A stretch of 64,000 bases of DNA, from assembly GCA_964556005.1 (NCBI GenBank), contig CAZKUR010000014.1, positions 444 to 64,443 on the forward strand, written 5' to 3'. Position 1 is the first letter of the stretch; every line of letters starts with the position of its first letter. The translations under genes and the position numbers were made by a program. The notes below the pieces were generated by a model that worked only from the letters and a program-made list of their open reading frames with translations, did not search any database and was not told the DNA's origin. The stretch comes from an uncultured Ignavibacteriaceae bacterium. Lineage in GTDB: Bacteria; Bacteroidota; Ignavibacteria; Ignavibacteriales; Ignavibacteriaceae. This document shows positions 7,991 through 17,655 of this stretch, piece by piece.

Positions 7991-10804
7991 TTATTTTAAT
8001 AAAATCATTTTATTAGTTTTCAAATAATCGCCTGCCTTTAACCGGTAGAAGTACACTCCGCTTGCAAGATTTCTTGCATTAAATTTAATTTCATAATTTC
8101 CGGCAGGTTTGTACTCATTAATTAATGCAGCTATTTCTTTTCCTAAAACATCATATACTTTCAAAGTTGTCCAACTGCCAACCGGCGACTGCCAACTAAT
8201 TTTTGTCGTTGGATTAAACGGATTAGGATAATTTTGATTTAGATTAAAACAAGCCGGGGTCTTTCTCTTCTCTGTTACTTCTGTTGTTCTCGGGAAGAAA
8301 TGTTCAAGAGCATTATCCAGGTGCGCATACCAATTTCCCCAGCTATGTCCTTCATGCCACTGAAGCCATAATAGATTTTCATAAAATTTGGAATTTAGAA
8401 CATCTACCAAAGTTCTTCCGTCGAATGCAATGCTTAATTCATATGTTCCCCAATCGATATAAAATTTAATATTTTTCTTATCACCGTTCATTACATTCAT
8501 CAAAACCTGTTTATTATTCGGCCAATAAGCAGGGGACATGGGAGCACATAACCCAAAGCTTTCGGGGTGCTCATAACATATTTGTGTCGAAATCAAACCT
8601 CCGAAAGAAATTCCCAGCATTGCTCGTGAAGCGGGAATTAAATCGGTTTTAAATTTTGAATCTATATACGGCATAAGTTCATCAATAATAAATGAACTAA
8701 ACTGCTGAGTTTGACTGAATGCATATTCTTCATCCCGGTTTACGGGGGGTACAAATACGGCAATAATTGGATCGATTTTCCCTTCGGATAATAGATAATC
8801 AATTATATTGTTTGCAAAACCAAGAGATACAAATTCCAGACCATCATGAAAAAGTATAACCGGGTACATTCTGCTTGCATTGGGATCATAACCCGGTGGT
8901 AAATAAACTTTTATTGTCCTTGTATTATTTAAATTCGTGCTGTGGAAAGTTGTATCGAAGAATGTACCGTGAGGTATGTTTGAATAATAGTTAATTTCCG
9001 GAGGATAAATATATTCCGGCATTGCAAGCTCTGAATTTGGTCCGTACCCTCCGGTACATGTTTTGGTATTTCGAGGATCTAAAATCCAGTTGCTTCCGTT
9101 CAATAAAAATTTATAATCCAACCTTGCATCAGGTTCAAATACTTTTCCTCTATACCATAAATTTGTACCAACAATGTTAGCCATCGGGAAAGCATCGTTT
9201 GTCCAGCCGTTAGCATCACCGGGTACGGTTATTTGACCTGCTTGTCCTGTATATAGGAAATAGGTAATCGAATTATTTTCTATAAAAGGGAATGACGGTA
9301 GTGTTGTTAAAAAGCTGTCTGCAATAGCCTGTCTGTTACCCGCTGGAACGGAGAGAATACGGTCAAGAAATGATTGAAAGATTGGCCCGTTAACAAATAA
9401 ATTATTTATTTCCGTTTCGGGATTTCCACCATAAGTTCCCATATCATTGCGAATAGTTCCCAATGAAGGCCAGAGAGCAAAGCCGGGATTTGAAGGATCT
9501 TCAATGTCATTAAAAATCGAATCGGGATTTCCGGTATCGATACATGGAGAACTGCCGTTAGTTAAATAGTAATTCATAGTATCCAAAAAGAGAGGATTCT
9601 GATTTATATTTCCTGTTCCGTTGTAACCGCCTTCAACAGCGGAATAGTCAATTTGAATGGAACCGGAAATTTGTGGATTTGCTGGAGAAAAATTATCCCA
9701 GATAATTGAATTTACAATTTTAACCACTATGCCTGTTGTTAAAATACCTCCGCCCTGAACGGATGCATTATTATTTGCAATTGTGTTATTAATTAAAGTA
9801 AAATCTTGAGGCAGGGTATTCATATTCAGTTCTTTGGCGTGGATTGATTTCATTTTTGATAAAGAACCTAAAAGAGTACCGGCAATTTTAAATTTGTGTT
9901 GGATAACTCCGTTTGCGAGATAATTATAAAGTGAAATTCCTCCGCCAAACATCGATGAGTTTTTAACTATTAAATTGTTTCTCAACTCAGCTTTTGCGAC
10001 GTCAAAAAATATTCCGCCTCCTTCTGCATATTCGCCGACGGAAGAAGATACACTGTTTTTTGCAATAAAATTTTTAATTATTGAAATGTTAACCATGAAA
10101 GGCGAATAAGTGCTGCAATAAATTCCGCCGCCTATAGCAGGACCGTCAGATTCAACATGATTATTTTCAATAACATTATTTTTAATTATACATATACCTT
10201 CTGCTTCAATTAATAAACCGCCGCCTGCGCAATTATTACCATTTAAATAATTTGAGGAAATTAAATTATCTTTTAAAATCATATTTTGATTTGATGGATT
10301 TATTGAAGCATAAATTCCACCACCACCTGATGGATGATCTGGAAAGACGACCGAGTTATTTATAATTCTATTATTACAAATTTTAGCCCCTGAAAGTACA
10401 ACAATTCCACCCCCTGCCCGGTATGCTCCGGTTGGTTCAATACTACCGGTACCGCGGGTTATAGTAAATCCGCATAACACCGAATTTGTATCTTCTCCAT
10501 TTACAAAATAGACGACTGAGCCTAAAGTTGTATCGGCAGGCTGACTTCCGTTTATAATTGTATTACTGATATGCGAAGTATCATTGTCTATTACGAATAT
10601 GCTTGAGACAGTTACTGCTTTGCCGTTGAAAAAAATGTTTTCAAAATATTCTCCTTCGTCTACTAAAATGATATCACCGTTTATTGAGGAATCAATTGCT
10701 GCCTGAATTGTTAAAAATTCCGAAGGGACATGAAGTGTATCTTGAGCGAAAATAAAATTAGAAAGGAGAATAAAGCTAATAAATATAAAAACCGAGTTCT
10801 TCAT
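7991..10804 (-). CDS. Multidomain secreted protein: right-handed beta-helix + E-set/CBM48-like + esterase (esterase D / CE1-like) + T9SS CTD
   Basis: 937-aa ORF with a signal peptide. The N-terminal half has repeated GGGI/NN..I.NN beta-helix turns. The middle segment (DANGWTNDAFPM...WYRGKVFEPDARLDYKFLLNGSNWILDPRN) looks like the early-set domain that precedes the putative-esterase fold. The esterase part has YPVILFHDG and the nucleophile GISFGG. The C-terminus is LNQNYPNPFNPTTKISW...GVYFYRLKAGDYLKTNKMILLK. Confidence 0.7.
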   Translation of the reverse strand: MKNSVFIFISFILLSNFIFAQDTLHVPSEFLTIQAAIDSSINGDIILVDEGEYFENIFFNGKAVTVSSIFVIDNDTSHISNTIINGSQPADTTLGSVVYFVNGEDTNSVLCGFTITRGTGSIEPTGAYRAGGGIVVLSGAKICNNRIINNSVVFPDHPSGGGGIYASINPSNQNMILKDNLISSNYLNGNNCAGGGLLIEAEGICIIKNNVIENNHVESDGPAIGGGIYCSTYSPFMVNISIIKNFIAKNSVSSSVGEYAEGGGIFFDVAKAELRNNLIVKNSSMFGGGISLYNYLANGVIQHKFKIAGTLLGSLSKMKSIHAKELNMNTLPQDFTLINNTIANNNASVQGGGILTTGIVVKIVNSIIWDNFSPANPQISGSIQIDYSAVEGGYNGTGNINQNPLFLDTMNYYLTNGSSPCIDTGNPDSIFNDIEDPSNPGFALWPSLGTIRNDMGTYGGNPETEINNLFVNGPIFQSFLDRILSVPAGNRQAIADSFLTTLPSFPFIENNSITYFLYTGQAGQITVPGDANGWTNDAFPMANIVGTNLWYRGKVFEPDARLDYKFLLNGSNWILDPRNTKTCTGGYGPNSELAMPEYIYPPEINYYSNIPHGTFFDTTFHSTNLNNTRTIKVYLPPGYDPNASRMYPVILFHDGLEFVSLGFANNIIDYLLSEGKIDPIIAVFVPPVNRDEEYAFSQTQQFSSFIIDELMPYIDSKFKTDLIPASRAMLGISFGGLISTQICYEHPESFGLCAPMSPAYWPNNKQVLMNVMNGDKKNIKFYIDWGTYELSIAFDGRTLVDVLNSKFYENLLWLQWHEGHSWGNWYAHLDNALEHFFPRTTEVTEKRKTPACFNLNQNYPNPFNPTTKISWQSPVGSWTTLKVYDVLGKEIAALINEYKPAGNYEIKFNARNLASGVYFYRLKAGDYLKTNKMILLK

Positions 10805-11097
10805 AATTACCCCTTTTGATGTAATTATTTTTGAAATTCCGGTTAAGTGAGGATATGTTACTTAAAAATAAATTAAGTTTTACAAACTTAAAAATTATTA
10901 TAAAAACATCTATTAAAATTGTCAAAAACGTTTGTCTTTTAACAATTACATATTGTTAGCAAATTAGGAAAGAGAATCTTAATATTTCAAATGTTTTTTT
11001 ATTTCTTCTTAAAATATATGGAAGAAAAAGTTTAAAATTATTCTTTATTTTTAAAAAAGATTGTTTTTATAATTTAATCTCAAAAAATTATTAATTA

Positions 11098-11688
11098 ATG
11101 AATTCAATATTTTTCAAAAACCAGAATGATCTTCGAAAGTGGTTTATGAAAAATCATAAAACACAAAATGAATTGTTGGTTGGATATTATAAGAAAAGTA
11201 CCGGGAAGCCAAGTGTAACATGGCCGGAATCTGTAGATGAGGCATTATGCTTTGGTTGGATTGACGGAATTCGTAAATCGTTAGATGATATTTCTTATAC
11301 AATTCGTTTTACACCAAGAAATCCTAAAAGTACCTGGAGTGCAAAAAACATAAAAAGAATAAACGAACTTATAAAGCTTGGATTGGTGCAGCCTGCCGGG
11401 TTGGCAGCATTCAAAAAACTCGATGAAAAAAATTCAAAAATTTATTCATATGAACAAAATATAAATGAGCTTAGTAATGATTTTAAAAAATTATTTAAAA
11501 GAAATAATAAAGCCTGGAATTATTTTCAAAAATTAATCCCTTCACTTCGCAATCCTTCTATCCGCTGGGTAATGAGTGCAAAGAAAGAAGAAACACGTTT
11601 AAGCAGATTAAACAGGTTAATTCAAAATTGTGAAAACGAAGAATTGATCCCGGAATTACGATGGGGAAGAAATAATACAAGTGATTAA
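11098..11688 (+). CDS. YdeI/OmpD-associated family protein
   Basis: 196-aa ORF with the pattern F.....LRKWF..NH....EL.VGYYKK.....SVTW.ESVDEALCFGWIDG typical of the YdeI (DUF1801-related) family. Confidence 0.65.
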   Translation: MNSIFFKNQNDLRKWFMKNHKTQNELLVGYYKKSTGKPSVTWPESVDEALCFGWIDGIRKSLDDISYTIRFTPRNPKSTWSAKNIKRINELIKLGLVQPAGLAAFKKLDEKNSKIYSYEQNINELSNDFKKLFKRNNKAWNYFQKLIPSLRNPSIRWVMSAKKEETRLSRLNRLIQNCENEELIPELRWGRNNTSD

Positions 11689-11769
11689 AGGAGAGAAATT
11701 TTGAATTTTCGAATTGACTGTTTGATTTTCATTAAGCGGATAAATAATCAATAAATATTTAAAAAATTT

Positions 11770-11791
11770 GAAAATGTAAATTTACATTTTC
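11770..11791. promoter_or_regulatory. Perfect 22-bp palindrome, candidate distal operator (O-distal) of the LacI-family regulator
   Basis: GAAAATGTAAATTTACATTTTC equals its own reverse complement. It shares the half-site ATGTAAA with the palindrome at 12033 but lacks the central CG. Confidence 0.45.
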
Positions 11792-12032
11792 TTTAACTTT
11801 ATAAATAATTTGATATAATTGAAAGATTTATTCAATTGCATTGTTGTTTGCGAATAGTTAATAATTAAAATTATTTACAATCGCTTTACAATTATTAAAA
11901 ACTCTATAACATATTTATATAATTGAGGTTAGAGATTTTTTTTAATTTAGTAAAGAAATTTTCGTAAAAAATAATCTGATATTTTATCAATATCTCTTGA
12001 TTATTACAATTCGATTACTTAGCTTTAAAAGC

Positions 12033-12052
12033 AAATGTAAACGTTTACATTT
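12033..12052. promoter_or_regulatory. Perfect 20-bp palindrome, candidate LacI-family operator immediately upstream of the regulator gene
   Basis: AAATGTAAACGTTTACATTT equals its own reverse complement. The TGTAAACGTTTACA core with a central CG is the classical LacI/GalR-family operator architecture. It ends 10 nt before the ATG at 12063. Confidence 0.6.
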
Positions 12053-12062
12053 ATTTATTAAA

Positions 12063-13073
12063 ATGCCAATAACAATAAAAGAAATAGCCTACAAGGCAAA
12101 TGTATCAATTGCAACCGTATCCCGTGCTTTAAATGATAACGATAAAGTACGTCCTTCCACAAAAGAATCAATAAGAAAAATAGCAGAAAGATTAAACTAT
12201 AAACCTAATATAGTTGCTCGAAACCTTGTTAAGAGAAGTACAGGAATTATCGGTTTAGTGTTGCCTGAAATTCAAGGTGATTTTTATACCGATATAATTA
12301 AAGGCGTCGATAAAGCAGCTTCTTCATATAAGTATCATATAATTGTTGCAGGTTCTCATAGTGAAAGATCTGTTGTCGAATCGCTGATTAATTTTATGGG
12401 AAAGAGTATGGTGGACGGTGTTATAATCCTGTCTCCACTGATAAACGATCGCATCAAAGAAATAATTAAAAAAAGCGATACACCATTATTGATTATAGAT
12501 TGTGCTTTCCCTATTGATAATGTCGATACAGTTAATATTGATAATTTTCAGGGGGCATATGCTATTACGGAATACTTGATTAAATCCTTAGGATATACGA
12601 GAATTGCTCATATTGAAGGGCCTGCAAATAATAACGATGCTATTCAAAGAAAAAATGGTTATATTGAAGCATTAAAGAATAATAATCTTCCTTTACGGCA
12701 AGAATGGATTGTTCCCGGTGATTTTACATCGGAAGGAGGAAGGTTAGCCTGCACAAGACTTTTGAGCTTAATGGAAAAACCGGAAGTTATTTTTGCAGGT
12801 AATGATATGATGGCTGCCGGGTGCTATAAAGCCATAAAATCTTTTGGACTTAAAATACCCGGCGACATTGGAGTTGCCGGTTTCGATGATATTCTATTAT
12901 CTAATTTTCTTACTCCACGACTTACTACTGTTCACATTCCAATTACTGAAATAGGTAAATCAGCCGCCAATTTATTGATCGATAAGATTAAAAATGGAGT
13001 CGATCATAAGCCCAGGCATTTGAAAGTGTCTACAGGCATTATAGTTGGCGAATCCTGCAGATTGCTGAAATAA
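12063..13073 (+). CDS. LacI family transcriptional regulator
   Basis: The ORF track gives 11997..13073 (TTG). The ATG at 12063 gives the canonical N-terminus MPITIKEIAYKANVSIATVSRALN (HTH), followed by a periplasmic-binding-protein-like sugar-binding core. Confidence 0.9.
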   Translation: MPITIKEIAYKANVSIATVSRALNDNDKVRPSTKESIRKIAERLNYKPNIVARNLVKRSTGIIGLVLPEIQGDFYTDIIKGVDKAASSYKYHIIVAGSHSERSVVESLINFMGKSMVDGVIILSPLINDRIKEIIKKSDTPLLIIDCAFPIDNVDTVNIDNFQGAYAITEYLIKSLGYTRIAHIEGPANNNDAIQRKNGYIEALKNNNLPLRQEWIVPGDFTSEGGRLACTRLLSLMEKPEVIFAGNDMMAAGCYKAIKSFGLKIPGDIGVAGFDDILLSNFLTPRLTTVHIPITEIGKSAANLLIDKIKNGVDHKPRHLKVSTGIIVGESCRLLK

Positions 13074-13138
13074 TTTTTCCTTAAAACTGACGGTTCATAC
13101 AGTTAATTATTTATTAAACCTTATTAAAAGGAGGAAAT

Positions 13139-14893
13139 ATGAAACGATTGTTATTTACCGTCTCCAGCCTTCTGTTTCTATTCATGTTTGTTTTCGTAAC
13201 AAAAGTTACCGCGCAAAACCATGTGGATCCGCCGTACATTCAAGTAGTTTCGACAGCCGAACCGATGATTGTAGACGGGATTTTAGACGAAACCGATTGG
13301 TTAAAACGCTACGACTACCTGGTATTTAAAGCCGGCGCTTTACCAGGTGATGTAATCTATACGGTTACCGATACTATAACCGTCGTGGGTCCTTATACCG
13401 ATACAACTACAACTTTTGTTAAATTTTTGCATAACGGACTTGATCTTTATATCTCACTTCAATCCGATGATCAATCTGTTGGCAAATTTGGAACAAGCTG
13501 GGAAGGTGACGGACTGTTTATGAAGATTAAGGATGCTTCCGGCATTCCTGTTGAATACAAATTGTATTTTAATGTGGGGGGAACTGACCCGGATATTCAC
13601 TATGAAGAACCTGCAAACTATCCGAATTCCGGTGAGGGAGCTGCCTGGAAACACCCGGGTACTATAGTTAATGATACTACACAAATCGATTCAGGATATA
13701 CTGCTGAGATGGTAATTCATCTTGATCAGCTTGGCTATACCGATTCGTATGCGGATGTTGAAGTTTCAATCAATATATTCGATCCGGATGGATATATTGA
13801 TGATATGGATCCTTACGGCGGTATCGGTTCTTACTGGAAGAGCTGGTGGGGAAGCGAATGGGGAACAGATTTTAGGATTTTAAGATTGGCAGATCCTCAA
13901 TTAATAAATGCAAATAAAACCACCGACAATATTACCTTAGACGGTAAACTCGATGAAACATTCTGGAGCGGTGCCGAACAAGTAGTAATCGGTGTTGGTT
14001 CCAATTTAAGTACCGGCGGATATTATATGCAATGGAATAATCCGCTGAATTCATATACGGATCAAAGCATGGCTACCGTTAAGTTTATACATAATGGAAC
14101 GGATCTTTATATAGGTGTAACTTCAGACGACAAATCGGTTTGTCAGTGGGCGCCCGGATGGGAGGCAGATGGTTTATTCCTCTGGATGACAAACAAGGGT
14201 GAATACCTTCCGGATCCGTCCCAAAGAATGGAAATAAAGAATATGTACTTTGGAGATTCGGTAGGCGGTCCTACCCAATTTCAGTTAAGCGCTACGGTAC
14301 CAACCGGAGGTGCGGAAGGAGCATCATTTGAACCTGCCGGCACGGTAACACATACCGAAGTTGGCGGAGAAGATGCAGGCTACTCTTTAGAAATTGTCGT
14401 TCATACCGATTTGTTCGGTTATTCGGATGGGGATACTGTTCGTGTAAGTGCAGTTATCTGGGATTTGGATTATTCATCTGCCGATGCATATAATGAAGAT
14501 ACATCGGATTATGCTCCTCATTGGTGGGGAAGTCAGTGGGTAGATATCACTTTCGAGAAATATAATCTTTTCAGAATGGTTTATCTATCAAATCTGAGCG
14601 ATGTAAAAGATGTGATTCCAAATGGTCCTTTAACTTTCCAATTATTACAAAATTATCCCAATCCTTTTAATCCGGCTACCACTATTCGTTACACAATTCC
14701 GGAAGGTTCCAAAGTAATACTTAAAGTATATGATATTCTCGGGAAAGAAGTAGCTACCTTAGTAAATGAATATAAGAATGCAGGAAGTTATTTTACTTAC
14801 TGGTCTCCATCTAATCTTGCCAGTGGAATTTATTTCTACCGGCTTCAAGCTGCAGGTATAGTAAAAACAAATAAAATGATGCTTTTGAAATAA
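13139..14893 (+). CDS. Secreted protein with two CBM9-like (carbohydrate-binding family 9-like) modules and T9SS CTD
   Basis: 584-aa ORF behind a strong AAGGAGG SD, with a signal peptide. It contains two internally duplicated modules that start VDGILDETDW and LDGKLDETFW (the IDGxLDExxW motif is typical of CBM9-like domains); each module also contains VKF(L/I)HNG.DLYI. The C-terminus is LLQNYPNPFNPATTIRYTIP...GIYFYRLQAAGIVKTNKMMLLK. Confidence 0.65.
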   Translation: MKRLLFTVSSLLFLFMFVFVTKVTAQNHVDPPYIQVVSTAEPMIVDGILDETDWLKRYDYLVFKAGALPGDVIYTVTDTITVVGPYTDTTTTFVKFLHNGLDLYISLQSDDQSVGKFGTSWEGDGLFMKIKDASGIPVEYKLYFNVGGTDPDIHYEEPANYPNSGEGAAWKHPGTIVNDTTQIDSGYTAEMVIHLDQLGYTDSYADVEVSINIFDPDGYIDDMDPYGGIGSYWKSWWGSEWGTDFRILRLADPQLINANKTTDNITLDGKLDETFWSGAEQVVIGVGSNLSTGGYYMQWNNPLNSYTDQSMATVKFIHNGTDLYIGVTSDDKSVCQWAPGWEADGLFLWMTNKGEYLPDPSQRMEIKNMYFGDSVGGPTQFQLSATVPTGGAEGASFEPAGTVTHTEVGGEDAGYSLEIVVHTDLFGYSDGDTVRVSAVIWDLDYSSADAYNEDTSDYAPHWWGSQWVDITFEKYNLFRMVYLSNLSDVKDVIPNGPLTFQLLQNYPNPFNPATTIRYTIPEGSKVILKVYDILGKEVATLVNEYKNAGSYFTYWSPSNLASGIYFYRLQAAGIVKTNKMMLLK

Positions 14894-14903
14894 ACTTATT
14901 TCA

Positions 14904-14938
14904 GGGAGTAAGCTTCTGAAAGCTTGCTCCCTTTCTCT
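14904..14938 (+). terminator. Rho-independent terminator-like hairpin
   Basis: GGGAGTAAGCTT-CTGA-AAGCTTGCTCCC (12-bp stem with one G-T pair) followed by TTTCTCTT. It starts 10 nt after the stop at 14893. Confidence 0.55.
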
Positions 14939-14998
14939 TCCGGTAAATTAAGTTATTTTTTCTGTAAGACTAATTTTATAACAAAAAAATAAATCTGA

Positions 14999-17644
14999 AT
15001 GAAAAAATTTTACCAACTGACATTTTATATATTCTTATCCCTTATCCTAAATCAGGCTGCAATTTATTCTGGCCAGACAGGAAAAATTGCCGGAACAATA
15101 AAGGATAAGAATACCGGTGAGCTTCTAATAGGAGCCAATATAATTATCGAAAACTCCACAATGGGTGCAGCCGCCGATATTAACGGTGAGTATTTCATTC
15201 TTAATGTCCCTCCCGGTCAATATAATTTGATTGCTTCTATGATGGGGTATCAAAGCATGAAAGTAACCGGGGTTGTAGTGGAGGCAGATAAAACCACGCG
15301 TATAAATTTTGAATTGGAAGCAAAGACTCTTCAGCTTAGTAAAGAAATCGTTGTAACCGCACAAAAAATTATTATAAGAACAGATTTAACCTCAAGCGAA
15401 CTCTCTGTTTCGTCAAATGAAATTAAAAGCCTTCCGTTAGAGAATTTAAGTGATATACTCCAACTAAAAGCAGGAGTTGTAAAAGATGCTAACGGAGGGA
15501 TTCATATTAGGGGAGGCAGAACTTCCGAAGTAACTTATCTCGTTGATGGAATTCCTGTAAATGATTTTTATACCGGGGCGAGTGGAGCAAACATCGATGT
15601 ACAGTTCATGGAGGAAGTAAAAGTGATCAGCGGTGTATTCAATGCTGAATATGGTCAGGCATTATCTGGTGTGGTCGATGTTATAACTAAGCAGACATCC
15701 AAAAATTTCGAAGGCAGTGTTTCGTTCTCGTCAGGAGATTATTTAAGCAACCATAGTAAAATTTTTTATAACATAAATAATATTAATCCAACGAGTGTAA
15801 ATGAAACAAAAATTAATCTCAGCGGACCTGTTGGATTTTTAGGACACAATTTTAGTTATAACGTAGCTTTAAGAAGATATTCGAGTGACGGCTGGATATA
15901 CGGACAAAGGCGTTTCAATCCGAAAGACAGTTCTTACCAGGAAGGAGATCTCTTTCACATCGTATCAACAGGAGATAATAAAGCTGTTCCGATGAATTCT
16001 TATTTAAACTACAGCTTTCAAGGAAAAATTAGTTTTGATTTATTTCCTGAATTAAAGTTTTCAAATCTGTTTTTATGGGATAAATCCGACAGTACGAATT
16101 ACAATCATATATATAAGCTTAACCCTGAGGGATTACCTAAAAATTACAGCAGCGCATTCAACAATATATTTTCATTAACATATGTTTTCTCGCCGAGTAC
16201 CTTTCTTCAATTAAAATATTCTTACAGCCGCAATGATTGGAAATCATACGTTTATGAAAATATGAATGACCCGCGGTATGCAAACCCTCAATTGTTGTTT
16301 CAATTAACCAACTATGCTTTTCTTACCGGCGGAACAGATATGCATTACAATACGCGCACTACACAAACTAATATAGTTAAAGTAGATTTACTCAGCCAGG
16401 TTGATCACTATAATGAGGTTAAAGGAGGTATTGAATTTAACTTATCTCAAATTCAACCCGATAATCAAATTGTCAAATACCAGGATACAGTTAAAATTTT
16501 TGATTATAACTTTTATTTGAATCAAGGCAAATTTTATTTTAATCCGCTTTCCTTTGCTGCCTATTTGCAGGATAAGATTGAATATAAAAGCGTGATTATA
16601 AATGCCGGTGTACGTTATGATTATTTTAATTCAAGAGGAGTAGTTCCTAGCGATTTTAGTGATCCACATAATTCTCCAAAAGTTAAAGCAAAACCGCAAT
16701 ATCAAATCAGTCCTCGTCTCGGTATTGCATTCCCAATATCAGCTGACGGTACAATCCATTTCAGCTATGGACATTTTTTCCAGCTCCCTCCTTATAATTA
16801 TTTATTTACAAATCCGAATTTCAGAGTAGGTCCGGGCGGTTTGTATACTCTAATGGGAAATGCAGATTTAAAAGCTCAATCAACCGTAGCGTATGAAGTT
16901 GGACTTCATTACAAATTTTTGGATATGATTGGATTGGAAGTAATTGGCTTCTATAAAGATATTACAAATTTATTGGGAACTGAAATTCATGATACTTATA
17001 TAAGAAGTGATCGCTACGCACTTTATGTGAACCGCGATTACGGAAAAGCCAGGGGATTTTCAATTTCTTTAACTAAGCAACCGGTTAATGATAATGTTTC
17101 GGTGAGTCTAGATTATACTTTGCAGATAGCCGAAGGTAATGCATCTGATCCGAATGATTCTTATAATAAAGCACAGGGAACTCCGCCTAAAAAACCCAAT
17201 ATCCAGATTGTTCCATTGAATTGGGATCAAAGGCATACAATCAATGTTTCACTGTTTTACATAATTCCAAATAATTATAACATAGGCTTAATCGCTAAAT
17301 ATGAAAGTGGTTTTCCGTATACTCCCGAACTGCAGTCTATTCAAACAAGTTTTGAAAATAGTGCGAGGATGCCCTCCAAGATAAATGTAGATCTTCAATT
17401 CAATAAAGATTTTGTACTCTGGAATTCTACAATATCTTTATATGCGAAAGTCTTTAATTTGTTCGATACAAAAAATGAAAAAGATGTTTATCGTGATACG
17501 GGACGTGCGGGCTATTCGCTCGTTAATCAATATACACCTCAATACCAGGGGCCGAATACTCTTGATGAATATTTAATCAGGCCCGACTTTTATTCCGAAC
17601 CTCGAAGAATCGTACTTGGAATTTCCTATAATTTAAATCTGTAA
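14999..17644 (+). CDS. TonB-dependent transporter with N-terminal carboxypeptidase-regulatory-like domain (SusC-like architecture, but shorter)
   Basis: 881-aa ORF with a signal peptide. It has a CarboxypepD_reg-like segment (GKIAGTIKDKNTGELLIGANIIIENSTMGAAADINGEYFILNVPPGQYNLIASMMGYQ), a plug (IHIRGGRTSEVTYLVDGIPVND) and a long beta-barrel with aromatic-rich alternating strands. Confidence 0.85.
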   Translation: MKKFYQLTFYIFLSLILNQAAIYSGQTGKIAGTIKDKNTGELLIGANIIIENSTMGAAADINGEYFILNVPPGQYNLIASMMGYQSMKVTGVVVEADKTTRINFELEAKTLQLSKEIVVTAQKIIIRTDLTSSELSVSSNEIKSLPLENLSDILQLKAGVVKDANGGIHIRGGRTSEVTYLVDGIPVNDFYTGASGANIDVQFMEEVKVISGVFNAEYGQALSGVVDVITKQTSKNFEGSVSFSSGDYLSNHSKIFYNINNINPTSVNETKINLSGPVGFLGHNFSYNVALRRYSSDGWIYGQRRFNPKDSSYQEGDLFHIVSTGDNKAVPMNSYLNYSFQGKISFDLFPELKFSNLFLWDKSDSTNYNHIYKLNPEGLPKNYSSAFNNIFSLTYVFSPSTFLQLKYSYSRNDWKSYVYENMNDPRYANPQLLFQLTNYAFLTGGTDMHYNTRTTQTNIVKVDLLSQVDHYNEVKGGIEFNLSQIQPDNQIVKYQDTVKIFDYNFYLNQGKFYFNPLSFAAYLQDKIEYKSVIINAGVRYDYFNSRGVVPSDFSDPHNSPKVKAKPQYQISPRLGIAFPISADGTIHFSYGHFFQLPPYNYLFTNPNFRVGPGGLYTLMGNADLKAQSTVAYEVGLHYKFLDMIGLEVIGFYKDITNLLGTEIHDTYIRSDRYALYVNRDYGKARGFSISLTKQPVNDNVSVSLDYTLQIAEGNASDPNDSYNKAQGTPPKKPNIQIVPLNWDQRHTINVSLFYIIPNNYNIGLIAKYESGFPYTPELQSIQTSFENSARMPSKINVDLQFNKDFVLWNSTISLYAKVFNLFDTKNEKDVYRDTGRAGYSLVNQYTPQYQGPNTLDEYLIRPDFYSEPRRIVLGISYNLNL

Positions 17645-17655
17645 TAGGTTTTGTC

